64,000 nt of DNA, from positions 868,001 through 932,000 of the forward strand of contig CBFDEM010000036.1 of NCBI GenBank assembly GCA_965603825.1, in the 5' to 3' direction. The position numbers and the translations under genes are program-made. The notes under the pieces were generated by a model, which was not told the DNA's origin, did not search any database, and worked only from the letters and a program-made list of their open reading frames with translations. Shown here in pieces: positions 35,458-48,100 of this stretch (position 1 is its first letter; the number at the start of each line of letters is the position of its first letter). The stretch comes from Blepharisma stoltei ATCC 30299 (taxonomy: Eukaryota > Protista > Ciliophora).

Positions 35458-37566
35458 TTACAACAAATCGTATCGAATTTTCCGCGAAAGTTCTTGGGAT
35501 TTGGCAAGCTTTTCTTCTAAACTTAGAATTTTAAATAGAGAATATTGGATTTCTTCATAATTATTGGAAACTTTTGATTTAATAATCCCATCAATTACCT
35601 CAAGCTCTTCTTTTGTAGGTTCATCTTGACTCTAAATAAAAATTACAATAACTTTTGCTTTTAAAAGTCCATAAATTTCCATAAAATTCTGTTTTCCAAT
35701 TTTTTTGATATTTTCTGCTTTATTTATTGCAATTATATTTTCCAAGTCATTTTCTGTTTTTTCGTTTTCAGAAAGTCTCTTTTGCAAGCTACTTTTTGTT
35801 TGCTCAAAAATTTTTTCTTCTTCATATAAATTAGACTGATTTGGAGAAGGCTGCTCTTCAACAGATTCATTATGTCTGAATTCATTTTGGATTTTGCTTA
35901 TTTCTGCATTAGAAATAGCAAAAGCATTAACTTGGCTTTCGTCATGAATCTGATAAGATATATTTATATGCGGCTGGATTTTTTTGGGTAAAATAAATGG
36001 TTCTTTTTGTGCTGCAGATTTTTGTGCTGGCCTCTCATTTGATTTAATTCTTTGGCTTTGTGCAGCTAGTGGACTTAGTTTTTGGTCACTAGAAGGCTGG
36101 GTCAAAGGTCTAAGATTTATTTCTTTTTCCCTTAGGTCTTTTATTCCTACTTTTTTAGGCTTAGGAATATCAGGCAGATTTTGTACTTCTAAAATATCTT
36201 CTTGGTTATCTAATTATTTCTTACGTGAAACTGCTTTTAATAGTCTATTTTTGGGTTGCAATAATAATTTAGGCTTTAAGGCGTTATAATAAGGCGATAA
36301 ATTTTTGGCTTGTTTTTTATATAATTCTTGATTTTGTAATAAATCTCCTTTAGTTTGTTTAGGAATGATCGGAGAAATTAACTTAGGGGAGCTTTGGATT
36401 TGTTTATCAATATTTATGAGCAGTTTTCCAGAAGTAGGCCTGCTAAGAGGAACTTGCAACTCTTTGATAACTGCCTTGTCTACCTTTTGTATAACAGGAG
36501 CTTTAGGTGGCCTAACAATATCAGCTAGATTTATAACAGAGCTCGGTCTTCCTGTGACAGGCCTTTCTTTTTTATTAATCATAGCCTTTTCTTGTTTTAT
36601 TTCATTATCATCATGAAAGTGCGAATTTTTTTCTTCTTCAATAACATCCATCCTATGATTATGATAAATATTATTTTCCGCTTTTCTAGCAGGAATATAA
36701 GAATCTGACAATATAGATCCTGATGGAATAATAATACTAAGCGAAAAAGCCCTATCTTTCATCCCAGGCCGTTGCAAAATTTCAGAAACTGTTGGTCTAT
36801 TCCTATAATCTTTCGCCAAGCACAAATTCACCACATTCACCAATTCTTCTGAATACTGAGAACTAATCGGAGCAAAACTCGCTCTAATTATTTTCAATAT
36901 TAAAGCTCCTTGATTTACCCCTTCAAACGGATGCTTCAACGTACACATTTCATATAAAACACACCCAAGTGCCCATACATCGCTTTTTACATTATAAGGC
37001 TTCTCTTCACACAGTTCTGGAGAAAGATAATAAGGAGTCCCTACCATTGTATGGGCAAATGCAGCTGTATTAGACAGCACTTTGGCGACGCCTAAATCGC
37101 CAATTCTGATAGAGTCTTCTCTAACTAAAAACACATTCATGCTTTTAATGTCTCTATGAAGGACATTTTGTGAATGCAAATATTCTAATCCTAGGCACAT
37201 CTGTATAAAATATTTTCAAATTTTATTTTCTGGAAGAAGCCTGCCCATTTGATTTTTTATGTGTCGGCTGAGATCGCCTTTGTCGCAGAATTCCATGATA
37301 ATGTGAAGTGTCTGGGTTTCTATAAAAGAGTCATAGTATTTTACGATGTAAGGGTTGTCGAGGCTTGCTAAAATTCTTACCTCGCCTATAGATTCTTGTT
37401 GGCTGGCTTTATTTAATTGTGAAATTTTAATCATTTTCATGACATAGATATTGCTGTCCACTTTTTATGATTTACCTTTTCTCCTTACTTTATAGACGCT
37501 TCCGAAGCTGCCTTGGCCTAGTTTGCCCATAATTTCAAAGTCTTTGACACTAGACTTTTTTGACAT
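35458..37566 (-). CDS. NIMA-related (NEK) kinase with three 15-nt introns
   Basis: LGQGSFG, IW(TGA)KYFIQM, HRDIKSMN, GDLG, GTPYYLSPELCEEKPYN; introns 37461-37475, 36210-36224 and 35632-35646 join all parts to TAA at 35458. Confidence 0.9.
35632..35646 (-). other. 15-nt spliceosomal intron GTAATTTTTATTTAG
   Basis: Phase 0, terminal TAG in frame; removal extends the CDS by 57 sense codons. Confidence 0.75.
36210..36224 (-). other. 15-nt spliceosomal intron GTAAGAAATAATTAG
   Basis: In-frame TAA; removal links ORF 36214..37200 to ORF 35632..36105. Confidence 0.85.
37461..37475 (-). other. 15-nt spliceosomal intron GTAAATCATAAAAAG
   Basis: Removal restores the kinase N-lobe VYKVRRKVDSNIYVMK; in-frame TAA inside. 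Confidence 0.92.
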
Positions 37567-37639
37567 ATTACTTATTTAAATAGGAAATTATTACAGTTTC
37601 AGAGATGGAATCTGGCATTATTTGTTAATTAATATGTAC

Positions 37640-38422
37640 CTATTCTAGCGCTGAATACCCCTTTGGCTCGAAAATCTTCAGGAATTCTGATATAAAGAAC
37701 ACTATTTCAAGCAGAAATAGCGGGACTATAGCGACACTCGGCGGAATTTCTGAAATCTCTACACATAGCGTTATTAGTATTGTAAATGAAACCAAAAATC
37801 CTAGCAGAACCAATTCCTCTTGGTTATTAGAAAATCGGTTTTCATTAAAAAATAGAAATAAATGTATCCCACATACAACTCACAATGGGATGAAAACAAA
37901 GTAAAAGTTTTTATAGTCCCACTGGTCTGCATAAAATAAAAATAAAAATCCTGACACAGAAGTACCACAAAGATACCCAAAAAGTAAAAATGCTTCAATT
38001 TTCATATTCACATCTTTATGTGTCAGTCCCGGACAGATATAAATACAAAATGCTAGATAAATAAATAATAGGTACCAAAATGGTATAAAAACAACCGTTC
38101 AAGGAGTATCTATGAGCTCATCAAGTAAAAATGAAGATAAAATTAAAAAAATCCTTAGAGACGCAGTTCCGTTATAGGCAAGGAGCATAAGTATCCATTC
38201 AGAGGTAGTGTTCATTTGAGGTTGAGAATAAGTAAAATTCAAGCTTAAGTAGATAGGAAAAATAATAAGCGGGATTAATAAAGGGAGGACTATGATACTC
38301 CATCATATTGAAATAACTTCTTCTAGATATAAAGCAGCCAAAATAGTTGATGCTACGACACCAGCCCATCCAATAAATTTCAAAGCTTTTAGTCACCGCT
38401 CAAGTCGAGTGTCCACATGCAT
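37640..38422 (-). CDS. TMEM185/TMEM60-like multi-pass membrane protein, 260 aa (not in the ORF track)
   Basis: Open with 4 TGA=Trp; repeated motifs LDELIDTPWTVVFIPFW, FVFIPLW, WSIIVLPLL; about 7-8 hydrophobic segments. Confidence 0.8.
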
Positions 38423-39317
38423 TTTTAATTTTTATTATTGAAAAACAGCTAATTTCATCTTATTTCAGCTGTCTTAGCTTAATTAATAAAATTTAGCTAG
38501 ATAAGGCCAATATTTAGCCATAAAAATTAATTAATTATTAATCTCTCCATACCTTGAATTATTTGCAAGGGAAGCATTAGGGTCCAATAAGACTATAGTT
38601 TCATATACAGTTTCATTCAATCTCATTGATTGTAATATTTTAGCTTAAAATTATCATAGATTTATCAAAATTTTATTCTTCTGCCATAAGGCATGACAAA
38701 GCACCATATACCACAAATCATATCACGATTTATATCTTTGCCTTTTGGAAAAAAGAATTATGAATCAGGCGAGATATAAGGAATATTAAAATATTATATT
38801 CAAAGCATCGTTTTTGAAAAGAAATCTTATTTAATAAGAGACTAAGTTTATGAAGGAAAACGTCTTCTTTGATAAATGAACAATTATTGGTTAATAAAAT
38901 TGCATAGTCTAAATTTTCTAATATTGAATTTTAAGCTAAAATTTTCTGATTTTAAAGGTGTTTACTGTTTAAAAATAGCGAAGCAATCAAGAGCCTCTAG
39001 ATTTCTACTTTCGGATTTGCAACTAAAGAATGCTTAAAAATTAGCTTTCATTTTAATTTTTTATGATAAAAAATTTTAAATAATATGCTTAAGCATATTT
39101 AAAGCCCAGTTTAAAATAGAAGATTGACATCAGCTTATGAAACTCGGTGATAAGTTTCTAAGAAAAAGAGCATCCTCTTTTAAAAAAAATATCTCGGGAG
39201 TGCTAAATAGATATAAAGATGATAACATAAAAGATATCAAAAATTCCTTTAAAATCTAAAATAAAATTAAGAATATAAATTTCATCAGAGCATTATATAT
39301 GTAATTGCATAATTTAA

Positions 39318-40181
39318 TTACGAGATAATTGCCTTATCAACTTGATTTTTTTTCTTTGCACAAGGCACGTCATTCTGGCACCCAGAGCATTGGCAACTCT
39401 CCCCGCATATAATTCCTCTTTGAAAGCATTCACAATAATTCTTCAAACAGGCTGATTTTGTGCAGTTGCAGCCTCTGTTATGTACAGCCTTAGACTCTCC
39501 TTTTATTAAAAGAGTTTTAAACTTTGGCTTGAACGCTTTCGGATTTTTTTCTAAAATTGCATTAATGTGACTTGCTCTTATGTTTTCGTGCTCAAAAACA
39601 TTATAACATTCTACACAGTTGCAGCCTTCACAGTAAGATCCTGCTGCGAAGCAGTCACAGTATAATTTTAAGCATCTGGATTTTTGGCAATTACAACAAG
39701 TCTTGGTTTCTATTTTAATTTCGTTTCGCGGGCGCTTTTTAGGTTTTGAGGTCGATAATGAAGTAAGTAGTATGCTATCATCTTTGATTTCGTCTTGTAC
39801 GTTAACTTCAACAGTTAGTGAGCTTGCTCGAAAACGAGCTTTGCCGTCAATAACTTTGGAAAAATCCAGCTTTTGAATAAAGCGGGTCGAGGTTGATATT
39901 AAATCAAGCCTTGAGTCTTCTTGATTAAGAGGAGATAGGTTACCGATTGGAGCCCATAAGGTTTTTGGGGTAAAATTACTGATTAGAATTTACAGCTGGT
40001 TATAAAAAGAAGCTTGAGATGGCAATGCCCCTATTGGGGACAAAGAAAGTACAGATTGGGAAAATGGGGAAGCTTGCAGGGAAAAAGCTCTCTTAGGAAT
40101 TGGTGTCAATATATGCACTTCATCGTCAGACAGCTTTAAGCTTGTGTCCTTCAAAGGAGAGGCTTCCATTTTATAATCCAT
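39318..40181 (-). CDS. Tesmin/TSO1/LIN54-like CXC (CRC) domain protein, 282 aa
   Basis: After intron 39979-39993: CNCQKSRCLKLYCDCF, NPKAFKPK, GCNCTKSACLKNYCECF. Confidence 0.92.
39979..39993 (-). other. 15-nt spliceosomal intron GTAAATTCTAATCAG
   Basis: In-frame TAA; removal connects the ATG exon with the CXC exon. Confidence 0.88.
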
Positions 40182-40443
40182 AATTCAAATAATTTCACAT
40201 CGTACAATTTTAAAAATTTGTGAAGCAAAATTAAGTGAGAAAATTTAAAGCCAAAAATCACAGAATTAAGGTTAATAAAAAACATATTAATTAAATATCA
40301 GAAATATTACAACCCTGGATCTTCAATAGTTAATATATTTTAATTATTTAAATAATTCATTAATTAGAAGATATTGACAATAATAAGAAAATTTTTTGAC
40401 CAATAAGCCCATAATTATTATAGTTCTGAGAATTTAAAGAAAA

Positions 40444-40944
40444 ATGGGTTCATCTAATAGCGTGCCATCTACGAAATCTCATTTCAATTCCCTTCTAACA
40501 GAAGAGCAGCTCTCAGCTTTAAGAATTCAAAGAGCCTGAAAAACCAAATCCAAAGAAAAGCCAAAAAACTGCATTACAACCCTTGTATTTTCTTCTATGA
40601 GTGGCAATAGACTTATGAATTCTAAAACTGAATGGATAAGAACAATTCTAATAGCAAAAGGAGTCGAATTTAAAGAAATTGATTTATCAAAAGAAAAACA
40701 TCAAATAGAAGCCTGGAAACGGGATCTTTTACCAATTCTTTTGGTAGAAAATATATGTATTGGTGGAATAGACCAAATTCAGTTATTGGAGGACCGAAAT
40801 TTATTAACTCCGATTTTATTGGCGAGATTTCGCACTCATTGTTTATCATGTGGAACAAGAAAAGCTGATGGAGAAACTTGTCCACATTGTGGAAAAAAAT
40901 ATAAGTTTTTTGAGTTAGATGGAGAGGAAAATGCGATTTTATAA
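40444..40944 (+). CDS. Glutaredoxin-like (SH3BGR/GRXCR-type) protein with myristoylation site, IQ motif and C-terminal Zn ribbon, 166 aa
   Basis: MGSSNS; SALRIQRAW(TGA)K; KGVEFKEIDLS, LPILLVENICIGGID; CLSC...CPHC. Confidence 0.75.
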
Positions 40945-41050
40945 TAGTTTTCCATCAATTGTATTTATTTAATTAATAAATTACTTTATAAGTCAATTCT
41001 TAGAGAGATTCAAAATTTAATTTAAAATTCATTTGTAGTAAACAATAGAA

Positions 41051-41836
41051 ATGAGCAAAAATACTCCAAAGACAGCAAGAGCACAAAAATGCATACTTGA
41101 TGATGAATCCTTGGATTTGATAACAGAATCAGACCATAAAAATCATCAATGCATTTGTTCACTGTGCAGCTGTGGTAATCATACCTGCCCTGCAAGACGA
41201 CTAAAACTGTACCCAAAAGCTACGTTTACTTCTCAGTACAAGCAAGATTTTAAGTCGCCAGGTCCATCCAGTCCTCCAAAAAGAGTGACTTCTGCTTTTA
41301 AGCCAACACTTTACAAAATGACAGAAAAAACTACGAATGAAATCGACTACAAGCCGTATGATTTATCACAAACATCGAAAACGCCAATAAAAAATGATTT
41401 TTCTGCTTCTTTAAGGTTTTTAGGAAGATCTCAATACCAAGCAGACTTTCCTAACTGAGGACCAACTCAAAGCCCGTCAGATGTTTCACCTAAAAAACCA
41501 AAAATAATTAAGCGAAAATTTGATGGAACTACTATTTATAATCAAAGCTACATATGCAAAAGTTTAACTCCTGACCACAAGCGGAAAGTCCAGCAATCCA
41601 CTTCAATTCCTTCTATGTACAAATATGACGGACAATATGAATCAACAACCAAAAGAGAATTTAAATCAAAGTCAAATAAATATATTACTCCAAGTCCTAC
41701 TCATAAAAATATTTCTATTACTCCTACACATTTCAACCCAAACCAATACATTAGTGTCGCTAAACAGTCTTTTACTGGTTTAGCCTTACAATTAAAAGAT
41801 CCAAGATTAATCCGCAAGCAAAAATTAAACGAATAA
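41051..41836 (+). CDS. SAXO/STOP-like axonemal microtubule-stabilising protein, 261 aa
   Basis: Joined across TGA 41456; CICSLCSCGNHTCP and repeated motifs TSQYKQDF, TTNEIDY, SQYQADF, STTKREF. Confidence 0.8.
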
Positions 41837-41968
41837 TTTTTGCTTCATTATTAATTTAAAAAAATTTACTAAAAAAAATTTTTATTTAAAATAAATATAG
41901 CATTTACTAACAATTTTATATAAGAAAATAAGGTAAATCTGCCAATTTTTTATAATGGATATATTTAT

Positions 41969-43426
41969 TTAAAGATCTGGCTTAGACTCATCAAACTTAA
42001 AGCTAGCTTTTTCTTTGATGAACTGTAAAAGGCTTTCAAGGTTCCTTGAGGACTCGTATTCAATTCCTTTTTTCTTTTTTCCAGGGAAGAATTTAATAGT
42101 CGGGAAACTTTTAATTATTTGATCTTTTGCTTCATTTTGGGTATAATCAATTTTAGCAAGCACAAGTGATGGGACATGGCTGAGCTTTTTAGCAAGATCT
42201 TGGTATACAGGCTCAAAATCTTTGCAGTGGCTGCAATAAGGAGAATAAAAATACACTAAAACGTCTTTAGTTTTATCAAGCACAACTTCATCAAAATTTT
42301 TACCTACCAAAACCCTGACATTTTTTACATAATTTTTAGCAGGCAGTTCTTGTGACTTATAGCTTGGCTCAATTTCTTTCTTTTTCCACTTTTTAATAAA
42401 GCTTTTCATGCTTTCTTCAGTTGGGATTTCTGAGCTTATAAACTTATTGCTTATTTCTCCTTTATCTATAATTGCTATTGCTGGCTGTGCACTGGCTTCT
42501 AATCCTAAAAAGTCTTTTAAATTTTCATTATTTTGTTCCGAAATATCCCCATACAAGAACATCATATTTTTGCTATATTTTTTGGCAACTGCATACAAGT
42601 CTTCTTTATACTGTTCATAGTCATCTTTATTACAAATTAAAAGAAAAACAGGGATTTTCTCGTCAAAACTTTTTCTCCAATCTTCATCATTAAACTCATT
42701 TACAAGTGGTTTTTTATTTTTCTCTATAAATTTAGCGATTTCTGCATGTTTGAATTTTCCATCAAAATTATTTCTTTTTTCGTCAAATTGTTTGAAAAGG
42801 ATAATTGAAGGCTCTTTGGTCTCAAAACGGGCCAGTGCTACTGGGTCTGTAGAAACTATAAATTCGACGCCTTCTAAGTATTTTGTGACGTAATCAAAAT
42901 GCCTCAGTTCAGGAGAGTCAAGCTTTGAGAATAATACAACAGCGACTCTAGCTTTATCAAGCTTTCTTTGTAAATGGAAATAGTCACTAATAACAGTATA
43001 AGTTATGCCTGATTTTTTTAAAACCCAAGTGACAATTGAGTCTTCTGTTCTTCCTCCATCATAATTAGTTGGTACTTTATTTTCGAAATATTTTAAAGTA
43101 GGATATCCGGTTACACCATACTTTTCGGCGAGATTTTTGCTGACTGTAGCATCTACCTTGGCAATTCTGATAGGAGGGATGCTATCTTTTAGTCTAGAAG
43201 CGGCTTTGGCATAGTGAGGAGCTAGGTTTTTGCAATGGCCACACCAAGGGGCATAAAATTCTACTAGGAGGTTAGGCTGAGCATTTAAGGCGTCTTCAAA
43301 ATTTGAATCAGATAAAACCCAAACGTCATTTTCTTCCAAAATTTCACTGATTGGTTCAATTGAGGAGGAATCTTGACTATATGCGCAACCAAAAATGAAA
43401 AATGCAATTCATATGTGAAGAGCCAT
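41969..43426 (-). CDS. Protein disulfide isomerase
   Basis: Signal peptide MALHIW(TGA)IAFFIFGCAYS; APWCGHCK and SPYCSHCK active sites; KPDL C-terminus. Confidence 0.93.
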
Positions 43427-44636
43427 TTTTACACGTGCTATTTTTATAAATGAAGAAATATTTACTTTAGAGAATAAAAATTTAAAAAGATGTGGAAGAT
43501 ATATATATAAGGCGAGATGCAATTAATTTGGTAGAAGCTTGAAATAATTATGATGTGAAAGGAAATTTTTAAGAAAAAAGTTATCAAAAGAAGCAAGACT
43601 TTTATTAGATTTAGAAAGCTTATATAATAGAGAAATGAAAGGCAAGATGATGTCAGTCTGATAAAAATACTTTTCTATACTGTAAAATTAGCTGAAAGTT
43701 AGAAGAATGCAGACGAGGAATAAATGATTCAAAAAGATTTAATTAGATTTTGAATATAATAATTTAGATAATGCCCTTAATTAGCTGATCTAAAAAATAA
43801 ATATTATTCTTCAATATATCAATTCAAAAAATTAAAAAGGATCTTAAAAACTTTGAGTCACAAATCAAGAATTTTTTATTAAAAAATTTTAAACCTCAAG
43901 TAATTAATTTGTTCTCTCTGACTATATCAAATAAATTGACCTTTTTGGTGAAATGGCTCTAAGCCGATTTGCAAGACTTGATTCCTCACCTAAGGGCCTA
44001 CATGCTCATACCTGGAGAATGGTAAAGGGCAAATTTTAACTGCTAACTGGGCTTTTCTCTTCGACTGACATGCAAGATACCAGAGAAACATTATCAGCAC
44101 ACGCTTCTGAAGTAGCATTTTTTTCTCAAATGGCGAGATATTTCAGATGAAGCATTGGGCATCTCAATCATTCACTGAGTATTATCAGGGTCAAAAGAGA
44201 CCTTACTTCAAATTCTTATCTAAAGCAGGCCTGAATAAGTCTACCATTAGATTGGCAAATTTATTTTTTTATGGATCTATAGCAAAAGGGTGCTATACAA
44301 CTTTAGTTTTTAACACCATATGAGCATGAGCTCTACAGGTCATAAAATAAAAATAATCCTATCTCTCTCACTATATAGAATCATAAAACTATATTTAGTT
44401 ATGATTTCACAAAAAGAAAACTTATTATTCCAAGCTCTTAATATATAACTCCATTGATAGATTATAATTTCATTTTCTGCCCAGTCAAAAATCGTTCACT
44501 ATTTTAAAAATAATTATCGCACTGTCATTTTCCTACAACCTTTATAAATTCACATAAAAAAACTATATTCACAAACAAGATAAATCAGATCCAATTTAAA
44601 AAAAGACGAAATAATAAATCTCTTGTACTTACTAAA

Positions 44637-47600
44637 ATGGATACATCCAAGCTATTTGATTACTTTGCTGTATACGGCATTGGCGAAGAACTCCCTCTAT
44701 CTCAATCCCCTACATTTACCTTTAGTAAACAGTCAGAAAGCACTTCTTCAACTAAAGTGTCTGCAAATGAAAATATAGTCTCCCATCTCCGTCTAAGAAT
44801 TATCAACGAAAACGAAATTCTTTCACCACCAAATTCAGAATTTATTAAAAGATTTGAAATTGGCCATGGAGATGGGAAAATGCTGTGACTTGAAGTCATT
44901 TTTGGAAGGTTTAATGGAAAAATTCGACCGGAGTGGAATGGAAAAGCAATTTCTAAGATTGATTTATGATACCTTCAATATGAAGGCGATTATATTAAAA
45001 TCCCTGCAAGTATGGGTGTAGAGCCAGTCCCAATTTATATTGGAATTAAATCTGCTCACCAGTTCAGCCACAGAGAAAACGAATACAATTGTTATATAGG
45101 AAATTACGATATCAGCCCTATCTTAAATGCCCAGCCCCTCGAAGGGACAAAGCTTATTTTAACTTTCAGTACATTTGACTCTCAAGGAGAACCCCCGATT
45201 TCTGATATAAAATTAGTAACTGCAACAATCAAAATCAATGAAGATGGCCAGTCCTATAAAAATGCTGAAATCCCAATAGGTTATTCCTATATAAACGTCG
45301 CTTTGGGGAAAAATAAAGACTCTTTGCTTTGCTTCAGAAAAATTGACCCTATGCATACCACTTATAAAGCTGAACTTATAGAAAAATTTCCAAGAAAAGG
45401 CCACTGTAATAACGAGCTTAATCAAGCTATTCCTATGTTTATATTCAGCGAAGGTATAAAACTCTCAAAAGAGCAAGAAACTGCCAAAGTCTTTTCATTT
45501 ATGCTGAGTTCTGCTGAAGAAACAGGCCAAATCTCAAAAATTTATATTACAGCTTTGATTTTTTATGAGCAAATAAGCGAGCAGCTATCAAATCAGCTGT
45601 ATATAATGCAAAACGAAATAAATAAAGTCTACATGCCTAAAGCAATTTGCTTGATTTCTCATTGGCCTTTTATAGACCAATATAAAGAAATTCTTAAAGA
45701 AATTTACCGACTGACAATTTCTACCTATGAGCTGCCAATTGAGAGGGTAATTTGTAATTTAATACAAGAAATTCCATTGCCAGACCAAGGTATCACTGTT
45801 GTGGAATATACAATTGGGAATAAAACTTTACAGTTTTCTAGGCCTCCTCCTAAATATCTTCCCTATTTCCCTGGCTCCTGCTTAGAATATTTATTCAGAT
45901 CTCTTTCAATAGACTCAATCATTGATGTATGAAGCTGCATCTTATCAGAAAGAAAAATTTTATTAATTTCTAGGCAAAAATCAATATTAACTTATGCAGC
46001 AATGGGCCTGGAGTGCTTAATTTTTCCATTTAAATGGGAACAAGTTTTTATCCCGATCCTCCCAGCATCGTTGAAAAATTATATAGAAACTATTTTCCCT
46101 TATATCATAGGAGTCTCTCCATCAATTTTGACGTCAGAAGTAGAAATTCCTTATGATGCAGTTAGGGTTTATTTAGATGAAGGGAGAATTGACTCAAAAG
46201 AAGAATTCCCTAGACTCCCAGAAAAGCTGAGAAGGCAGCTTTACAATTCCTTAATGAACTGTGCAAATATTTTTTCCCTTCAGGATGGAATTAGATATGT
46301 CGCTGATGAAGCTTTTGACACTTATATTAAAGAAGAAGACGATAGCAAAGTTTTTGACGTGCTGAAGGTGAGGGATGCGTTTTTGCATTTTTTGACCCAT
46401 TTATTGAAAAATTATTCAAAATTTTATAGACTGCCGGCAAAAGCGATAGAAAAAATTATTAATTCGAGGTCTTGCTTCAACGTGGAGGATTTTTTGAATT
46501 CTCATAAAAGCAATAAGCCGGAATCTCTACTATTTAAGCTGACTGAGACTTCTTTATTTGCGGGATTTATTGAGTCGAGGTTCTTTTCATCAGCTAACCA
46601 GTTTGAGCTGGAATATTTCGATGAAGCCTCAAGGTTCAAAACATCTAAAAATGATCCTTATTTTGTAAAACCTTACAGTCATAGAGAAACAATACAGTCT
46701 CTTTTTGTGAATAACACTGGCTATGAGTCTGATTTTTCTTTTCGATATGAAAGATTCCCAAGGCTAAATGATGTTTATTTTATTGATCCAAGGCCTATTC
46801 AAGTATTAGCTACAACTATTACCCCAAAGCTTAAATTAGCTTTTAAAAATGATATGCTAGTACGATTATCCTCCCTTGAATGGGGAAAATTTTTAATGAC
46901 CACTATATATAGAATCTGGATTACTGTATTCGCTCATTGCATGCCTAAATATAAAGAGAATGCCAACTTATTAATTGATCTAGCTCTGTATGTTATGGAT
47001 GGCATGAAAAAATCCACAAATAAGCCTGACGAAGATATGTATAGAAAACTCATAGAAGCCTGTGGACATTGCGAGCTAAACGAAAGAGTCCTTTCATTAT
47101 TCAAAAGAATGAAAAATCAAGGTATCGAGCCTGATGCGCGCACTCATGGAGTCTATGTAACAGCAGTCGCTAAAAGCCAAGAACTCCAAAATGAAATTAA
47201 TACAATTCTCTCTAAAGAATTCCCTGCAAATTCTTTATGCCTGTCTTTGACTTTAAAAAACTGCAAATATATGATCCATAATTCTTGTCCTAATTGTGAA
47301 TACATTTTAAGCCAAGAAGAAATCATGATGGGCTGGGACAGGTCATATACAAGCTCAACCACTGCATGCCCTAAAAACTTCTGTGAAGGCAAATTAACTG
47401 CAAAGTTCACTGTGATTCTTGACAAACTTATGGATACCAATAGATCTCTTCATGTCGAATATTTAAGCCCACTTTTAATTCAAAAAGAATTAGAAAACTT
47501 GATTTTCACCTTCGGTGAAAATATTTTGCTTTCTAAAGATTTTTGTGAAAAATACAAAAGCTTGTTTTGGAATATGGTCCTTAATTTTCAATTATTAAAG

Positions 47601-48050
47601 CTTCCTTACTTTTTTATAGACCCGTCATTCAATTCTGATAATTTGCCACAATTTGTGAGAGATTATGTAAAAAATGACAGTAAAGAAAAAGAAGCTAAAA
47701 ATGATCAGTTGTCTAAGACTACTAAGCCAAATGAAGACCAATCAGAAGGAAATTCGAATGAAACGAATTCTCATTCAAATCCTCAGACTATTAGAGAAAG
47801 GTTTTTCAGTTTAATTAAAAAAAGAAAATCAAGTGCAGGGAATGAAAACATGTCGACAAAAAATTTGATGAATAATATGGCTATTAAAAAATTATTTGGG
47901 CCTTTTATTGAGGAGTTTAGAACTGGAAATATCAGAAGAGAGAGATCGGGAAGTTTTATGGATTCGACTGAAGTAGAAGAATATGTTGAAGATAAACCTC
48001 AGCATCCTCCAGAGCTACCACAATTGAGGACTTATAGCAATAGGAGTTAA
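44637..48050 (+). CDS. DENND4/Crag-like Rab GEF (MABP-like, DENN, PPR, C-terminal Cys domain), copy A
   Basis: Three ORFs joined by 3 TGA=Trp; PKAICLISHWPF, LIFPFKWEQVFIPILP, PPR-like LFKRMKNQGIEPD, YLSPLLIQKELENL. Confidence 0.88.
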
Positions 48051-48100
48051 GAGGTTATGATATATATAACTGATTTTTATAATCTGATCTAATATAAAAT

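Noticed and set aside
43630-43790. Possible C/D-box snoRNA (ATGATG...CTGA)
   Set aside because: Boxes are imperfect, with no terminal stem or recognisable rRNA guide
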